DNA of 35,443 nucleotides from an uncultured delta proteobacterium (GTDB lineage: Bacteria > Desulfobacterota > WTBG01 > CAIYCZ01 > CAIRTM01), in assembly GCA_963804955.1 (NCBI GenBank), contig CAWDSQ010000029.1, forward strand, positions 1-35,443. Reading direction: 5' to 3'. Shown one piece after another: positions 29,110 to 35,443 of the stretch; the stretch's first letter is position 1; every line of letters begins with the position of its first letter. Under the pieces are notes generated by a model. It was not told the DNA's origin. It ran no database searches and saw only the letters and a list, made by a program, of their open reading frames with translations. The translations under genes were made by a program, and so were the position numbers.

Positions 29110-29380
29110 ATGGGACACGGACCAGCAACACAATGGGGAGAAGACAAGGCGTCCGATTACAAGGCCAGGCTTGGGGTATACATGTTTATCATTCTACGTC
29201 ATCGTTTATGCCGGCTTCATCGTCATCAACCTCACCAGCCCGAAATCCATGGGGACAATCCTCTTCGCAGGGCTCAACCTCGCCGTCGTCTACGGGTTTG
29301 GCCTGATTCTTCTGGCCATCGTCATGGGGCTTATCTACAACCACATGTGCACCCAGAAAGAAAACGAACTCAACAAATAA
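29110..29380 (+). CDS. DUF485 (YjcH-like) small membrane partner of ActP; frameshift near 29190
   Basis: AAGGAG RBS; MGHGPA..DKASDYKARLG joins YVIVYAGFIVIN...GLNLAVVYGFGLI. Confidence 0.85.
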
Positions 29381-29405
29381 ATACAAAGGACGACGAGGAA
29401 CTGCA

Positions 29406-31314
29406 ATGACTTACATCGCATCACCATTTGCCATCGGTATATTCGTCGCTTTCGTGCTGGGCGTGTTGGGCCTGTCGTCCTACTTCGCTAAAAAAACCCA
29501 GTCTTCCAAAGGGTATTACGCCGCCGGCGGAACCATCCACTGGGCCGTGAACGGCATCGCCTTCGCCGGAGACTATCTTTCAGCCGCCTCCTTTCTCGGG
29601 ATCTGCGGCATGATCGCCTTTGACGGCTATGACGGCTTTCTTTACTCCATCGGCTATCTCGCCGGCTGGGTGGTGGCCCTGTTCGTGGTGGCCGAGCCCC
29701 TGAAGCGCTTCGGGAAATACACCTTCACCGATGCGCTCAACTACAAGTTCAGCTCCAAGGGAATCATGTTCACCGCAGCCATCAGCACCCTGGTGGTGTC
29801 GGTATGCTACCTCATCCCCCAGATGGTCGGCGCCGGCGACCTGGTCACCCCGCTTCTGGGGCTTCCCCATTACGCGGGCGTCATCCTCGTCGGCGTCATC
29901 GTTATCTTCATCGTGGCCACCGCGGGCATGACCTCAACCACCTATGTGCAGTTCATCAAGGGCGGACTGCTGATCGTCTTTTCAACGATCCTGACCATCG
30001 CCATCCTCAAGAACGGCATTAACACCCCCCCGTATGCAAACTATCACAAGTTTCAAAACCATCGAAGCCACCCTGACAAACGACGCCGTTACCGCGGTGG
30101 CGGATCCGGCCTACACCGTCGCCGGCACCTTCAAGGACGGCAAGAACCTCTTTGCCAAACTCAGACAGGACGGCGTTGCCTCCTGGTGGCAGTGTGAGCG
30201 CCAAAGACGGCGGAACAGTGCTGAAGGAAGCCCTGTCCATGACAAAGACCGCCGACGGGAAGATCCTGTATAACGGCGAGCCGAAGGAGGCCAAGAAATT
30301 CTTCCAGGTCGGCCATGCCAGCAAGATCATCGTGGACGGCAAGGAAGTGGAGAAAACCGGCGCCCTCGGGCCCTTTGAATTCTTGGCCACCATTGATCAT
30401 CCGAAGTGGTCCGCTTTGCCAAGGCAGCCGTCAAGGACGGAAGCGACAAGGTCACCGTCTGGAGGCAGAACCCCACCTCGGGCTGCAGACATCATGCGGC
30501 CGGGCCTCAAGTTCAAGGTCGACAAGGGAGCCGACTTCATGTCGCGCCTGAATTTCATTTCGCTCATGATCGCCCTGTTCTTCGGCACCTCGGCCCTGCC
30601 CCATATTCTCATCCGCTACTACACCGTCCCGAGCCCCAAGGATGCCCGCAAGTCAACCATCGTGGCCATCGGCTCCATCGGCTTTTTCTACATTCTGACC
30701 CTGTTCATGGGCCTTGGCGCCATGATGACGCGGCGTTCTTGACATGGAGAGCAGCAACATGTCGGCGCCGCTGCTGGCGAAATACTTCGGCGTCACGATC
30801 TTCTCCTGCATCTGCGCCATCGCCTTCGCAACGGTTCTCGGAACGGTGAGCGGGCTCATCGTTGCGGCCTCAGGCGCGGTGGCCCATGATCTGATGACGG
30901 GATTTCTGGGCATCGAGATGACGGACAAGGGGCAGGTGAAGGCAGGCAAAATATCAGCGGTTGTTGTCGGCATCATCGCCATTATCCTGGGCATTTTATG
31001 CAAGGGCATGAATGTTTCATTTCTTGGTCGGCCTTGCATTTGCAGTTGCCGCCTCGGCAAACCTGCCGGCCATCACCATGCTGCTGTTCTGGAAAAAGAC
31101 GACCTCCAAGGGCATCGCGGCATCCATCGTGGTCGGCATGGTCACGGCGCTGGGCATCATTCTGCTGTCGCCCAGCACCTATGTCGACCTGTACGGCCTG
31201 CCCAAAGCCTCAGCGCCGATACCCCTTGACAACCCGGGCATCATTTCAATACCCCTGGGCTATCTGACGCTTATTGTCGTATCGCTGTTTACGCAGAAAA
31301 AAGCCGCCGCCTGA
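29406..31314 (+). CDS. actP: Cation/acetate symporter ActP (sodium:solute symporter family); several frameshifts
   Basis: NGIAFAGDYLSAASFLG, YLIPQMVGAG, GTSALPHILIRYYTVP, AFATVLGTVSGL and AFAVAASANLP motifs across consecutive frames. Confidence 0.9.
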
Positions 31315-31349
31315 ACGGACAGGAAGGTTGCGCCATGATGCATACCGTG

Positions 31350-31391
31350 ACGGGGGAGAACAGCTTGTGGGGTGTTCTCCCCCGTTTTTTT
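31350..31391 (+). terminator. Intrinsic terminator after actP
   Basis: 13-bp stem ACGGGGGAGAACA/TGTTCTCCCCCGT followed by a T-run. Confidence 0.8.
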
Positions 31392-31521
31392 ACCGGCCTT
31401 TCGCACAGGCCGGGGAAGGATTGTTTGCCTGTGCTTCTTGACAGGAATGCAGTCCGCCGTGTATTCTGTCAGACACACGGCAGCCCGGGTAAGGATTCAG
31501 CAAACAAATAAAGGTTAAGCG

Positions 31522-34463
31522 ATGTTTGCCCCGCACATATCAACTCAGTGGAAGTCCTTTGCGGTACGGTTCGTTTTCCCGACGGCTGTCACCATAGCGC
31601 TGTTTGTCATCGCCTTCTTTTCCGTTATTATCCCCGCCATTGAAAAAAACAGCATGGACCGCAAGCGGGAAATGATCCGCGAGCTGACCAACTCGGCCTG
31701 GAATATTCTCGCGAAGCTCGAGCATGATGAAAAGCAGGGACTGCTCACGCGGCCGCAGGCCCAAAGCCAGGCCATCGAGCAGATTAAAAACCTGCACTAC
31801 GGCCAGGAGATGAAAGACTATTTCTGGATAAACGACATGCACCCGCGCATGGTTATCCACCCCTACCGGACCGATCTCAACGGCAAAGACCTGTCCGATT
31901 ACACCGACCCCGAAGGCAAGCGGGTTTTTGTGGATTTTGTCGACCTGGTGAAGCGGCAGGGCGCCGGCTATATGCAGTACATGTGGCAGTGGAAGGATAG
32001 AGAGGACCGCATCCTGCCGAAGCTCTCCTATGTCAAAGGGTTCCAGCCCTGGGGCTGGGTCATCGGAACCGGCATTTATATCGACGATGTCCAGGTGGAA
32101 ATCAGGGAAATCACGCGCAACCTTTTTGAAATTTCCCTTTTCATCCTGCTGATCATCTCGCTGCTGCTGGCGAGCATCATCAGGCAAAGCTACGCCACGC
32201 TCCGGCAGCAGCAGCTCGCGGAGCAGGCCCTGCGCGATTCCGAAGAAAAATACCGCACCCTTGTCGAATCGGCAGGCGAAGGCATGCTCATGGCCCTTGA
32301 AGGCACCTATATGCATGCCAACCAGACAATAGCTGCCATGCTGGAATACGACAAAAGCGAGTTTGCCGGCATGCCGGTGCGCACGGTACTGGCAGAATCA
32401 AACGGCCCGCAGAGCAGCCTGCTCCTTGAGGAGCTGCTGGCCGGCAAATCGGTTCCTGCAACCTTTGAAGCGCGGCTCAAAACAAAGTCGGGCGCAACCC
32501 GGGATGTTATTCTGTCGGCATCCCCTATTGAGGTCGGCGGCAAAACCGGCTTCATGGCCGTGGTCACCGATATTACCAAGCGCAAGCAGGCAGAGGATGC
32601 CCTGGGCCGCAGCGAAGAAAAATTCAGAACACTTGCCAACAATCTCAACGTGGGCATTTTCCGGCGGACCCTCGGCCCGAACCCGAAATTTATCGAGGCA
32701 AATCCTGAACTGGTAAAACTGCTGGGCTACGCAAGCAAGGAGGACCTGCTGGCGACCCCGGTCATAAGCCTGTACTGCAACCCCGAAGACCGCAAAACCC
32801 TGGAGCCGAAAGCATCTGCCGAGGAATTGAAAAGGGAGATCGTCAGGCTCAAGAAACAAGACGGCTCCGTATTTATAGCCTCCATCTGGGGCGTCATGGT
32901 CGAAGACGAAGACGGCGTGCCGCGATACTGCGACGGCATCATGGAAGATATTACCGAGCTGCATATGCGGGAGGAGGAAGGGGAAAAACTCCTTGACGAA
33001 ACGCAGTCGGTGCTGCTGTTTTACAATCAGCCCCTTGGCGGCCTGCCCTGTCGCCAGCCGACACTATGCCATCCCGGCATGCCGATCGGGGAAGCGGTGC
33101 GCTTGCTGGAGCAGCAGCGCAACGAGGTCCTGCTGGTGCGCGATGCAGAGGGCAGGGACTGCGGCGTCATCACCGACCATGATCTGAGAAAGGCCGTGAT
33201 GCTCCTGCACGAGCATGAGGATCGCCCGGTATCCGAGATCATGTCGTCTCCCGTTATTTCACTGCCGGGCAATGCATCGGTATTCGAGTCCTGGTGGCTT
33301 ATGCAGAATAAGGGCATTGCCCATCTTTTCGTCACCGATACCGATGGCGCCATCATCGGCTTGATCAACAGCAAGGATATCGCCGCCATTCAGAAGTATT
33401 CGCCGGCGGTGCTGCTCTGGGAAATACGCAATGACACATCACCCGACGAGGTGATCAGGCATAATGAGGTCCTCCCCTATCTCATAACAACCCTTATCAA
33501 AAGCGGCGCGAAACCTCAAAGCATAAACCATCTGACCACCATCGTGATCGACACGATTCTGCAGAAGCTCATGGAATTTGCCATCCGGGAGCTGGGCCCG
33601 CCCCCGGTGCGGTTTGCTTTTCTGGTGTTCGGCAGCGAGGGCCGGCAGGAACAGACCCTCATGACCGACCAGGACAATGCGATTATTTTCGAGGATACCA
33701 GCCGCCGACCTGGAGTCATCGGTTGTACAGGCATATTTCCTCAAACTGGGCGCCATGGTCTGCAGATGGCTGAACCATGCCGGGTATCACTACTGCGATG
33801 GCAACAACATGGCGCAAAACCCCCAGTGGTGCCAGCCCCTTACCGTATGGAAGCGGTATTTCAGCCAGTGGATTCATGCGGCTTCGGCTGAAGACCTCCT
33901 GAAAACAAAAATATTTTTCGACTTTCGCTGCGCCTATCGGAGACGGCGGCCTCGCGGGAGAGCTGCGGGATTTTCTTGCTGCCATGGTTGCCGGCAACCC
34001 GAGATTTTTTCAGCTGCTGGCCCGCAATGTTCTGCCGCTCAGCCCGCCCATCGGGCTGTTCGGAAAATTTGTCGTCGAGTCGGTGGACGAGCACCGCAAG
34101 GCCTTTGACATTAAAAGCGCCATGATGCCTATTGTCGACTATGCCCGCATCTATGCCCTCAAGCACGGCGTACCGCGCCACCAACACGCTGGAGCGGCTG
34201 CTGGGGCTGCATGAGCGCGAGCGTACTGACGCTGCAGAATTACCAGGAAATGGTGCAGGCGTACAGCTATCTCATGCAGATACGGCTGCAGGTTCAGGCT
34301 GCGGCAATAGGGTCCGGGAAAGCGAAAGCCCGACAATTATGTGACCCCGAAAAACCTGACCTCTATCGAGCAGAAGCTTCTCAAGGAAATTTTCTCCCAG
34401 ATAAAAAACTTCCAGGCAAAGCTGAGCTATGATTTCACCGGCCAGCTCGGAGGCGTCCAGTGA
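31522..34463 (+). CDS. Membrane sensor: TM-Cache_2-TM, two PAS, CBS pair, DUF294 nucleotidyltransferase, DUF294_C; several frameshifts after 33695
   Basis: YFWIND..MVIHP..KLSYVK..WGWVIGTGIY (Cache); DITKRK/DITE PAC ends; GVITDHDL..VSEIMS (CBS); FGSEGRQEQTLMTDQDNA (33631-33675); CDGNNMAQNPQW, IFFDFR, DIK..PIVDYARIYAL..NTLERL; ends GGVQ-TGA at 34461. Confidence 0.88.
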
Positions 34464-35220
34464 TTCTGGTAATCTGCGATACCCATTGCTACTACGACAC
34501 CATCAACCAGCAGCTTGACTATGCCGAAAACGTGCTCGGCCATGACGGTCTCCTGCATCATTCACCTGGGGGACTTCGGCATCTACAGATCCCATTTGCA
34601 CGATTTTTTCATAAAAAAAGGGCAGCGCTTTAGGCGGCCCCTGTATTTCATCGACGGCAACCATGAGGATTTCAATGCTCTTGAGAAGCTGACCAAAAAG
34701 TATCAGGCCTTTTTCACCTATCTGCCCCGCGGCACGGTTCACTGCATAGAGGGCTACCGTTTTCTGGCTCTGGGCGGAGCGGCCTACATGGACTCCATGC
34801 TGACCGAACAGGGTGCGATCATAACCGATCAGCAGATTAATGCCTGCCTGGCCTTTGCCCGGGCAGAGGTCGATATTATTTTGACCCATGACTGCCCGAC
34901 CGGTATCGGCGTGCCCAGCACGCCCGGCCTGGACCATTTCGGCGCTACCGGTTTTCCCCGCGAGCCAGGAGCTGGCTGCGCATTTCCAGCCGAAGCTGTG
35001 GCTGTTCGGCCATCATCACAAATGGTTTTCCTGCAGCGACAGCCATACGTCCTACTATGGCCTGGAGGGTGCATGGAAAGGCTTCGGGCTTCTGGACGCG
35101 GACTTCCAGCTGACCATCATCAAGCACAGGCTTGAGTGGGAAAAAACGCCGTTTATAGAAAAGCTGCTGGCGAAATTAAAAATCATTCGGCCGGATGGAC
35201 CGCGGGAGCTGTCTGACTAG
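34460..35220 (+). CDS. Calcineurin-like metallophosphoesterase; two frameshifts
   Basis: GTG 34460 overlaps the upstream TGA; motifs DTH, LGDFG, DGNHE, THDCP and FGHHH. Confidence 0.88.
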
Positions 35221-35443
35221 TGGGCCTTCACATTTGATTTTGTTAGATGAGATACAATCTCCCGTACATAACCCCAGCCTGTAATTCCGGCTGTCCGGAA
35301 GTCTTTTCCGCCACGGCGGAAGAATTCCGGACAGCCGAAATGACGCTGGAATTTAATTTTTCAATTAACGTTGTCCCTGATTTGGGTATCATAGCATTGA
35401 GAAAGATTTTGAAAACAGCTTAAATTCAAATGTGAAGGCCCAC
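35220..35443. mobile_element. MITE-like element with perfect 18-bp TIRs
   Basis: GTGGGCCTTCACATTTGA ... TCAAATGTGAAGGCCCAC; homologous to 27849-28010. Confidence 0.8.

Noticed and set aside
29110..35220. Programmed frameshifting or true pseudogenes in the actP locus
   Set aside because: Shifts are numerous, not consistently at slippery sites, and catalytic motifs are intact; sequencing error is more parsimonious

Overview
Bacterial chromosomal window, most consistent with a Desulfobacterota/deltaproteobacterial genome or MAG (inferred from gene families and repeat types). It carries housekeeping and envelope genes (cysK 5' part, LpxL-type acyltransferase, PLP aminotransferase, ABC-F ATPase) and many secreted proteins and lipoproteins (DUF1566 with a CFI-box-CTERM-like tail, FGE-sulfatase, CrtC/AttH lipocalin, beta-propeller, DUF4398 pair, pectinacetylesterase). 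A TetR-regulated flavoprotein is followed by a haem c/PNPOx fusion. A toxin-antitoxin and gene-relic hotspot spans 21-25.7 kb (HigBA, BrnTA, an NTase pair, ORF6N/HsmA relics, PilZ), and a DUF485-ActP transporter locus lies near the end. The two strongest leads are: (1) an unannotated 51-aa membrane ORF at 13438-13593 (-) with an in-frame UGA followed directly by a hairpin with bacterial SECIS geometry, a candidate small selenoprotein; (2) a membrane Cache-PAS-PAS-CBS-DUF294 nucleotidyltransferase translationally coupled to a metallophosphoesterase just downstream of actP, a candidate carboxylate-sensing writer/eraser signalling pair. Intergenic DNA is rich in nested MITE-like TIR shells carrying different palindromic (REP-like) cargo. 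Single-base frameshifts cluster at both ends of the window and are probably sequencing errors. No CRISPR array, rRNA, tRNA, reverse transcriptase or intact transposase was seen. All family assignments come from motif recognition by eye, not from database searches.
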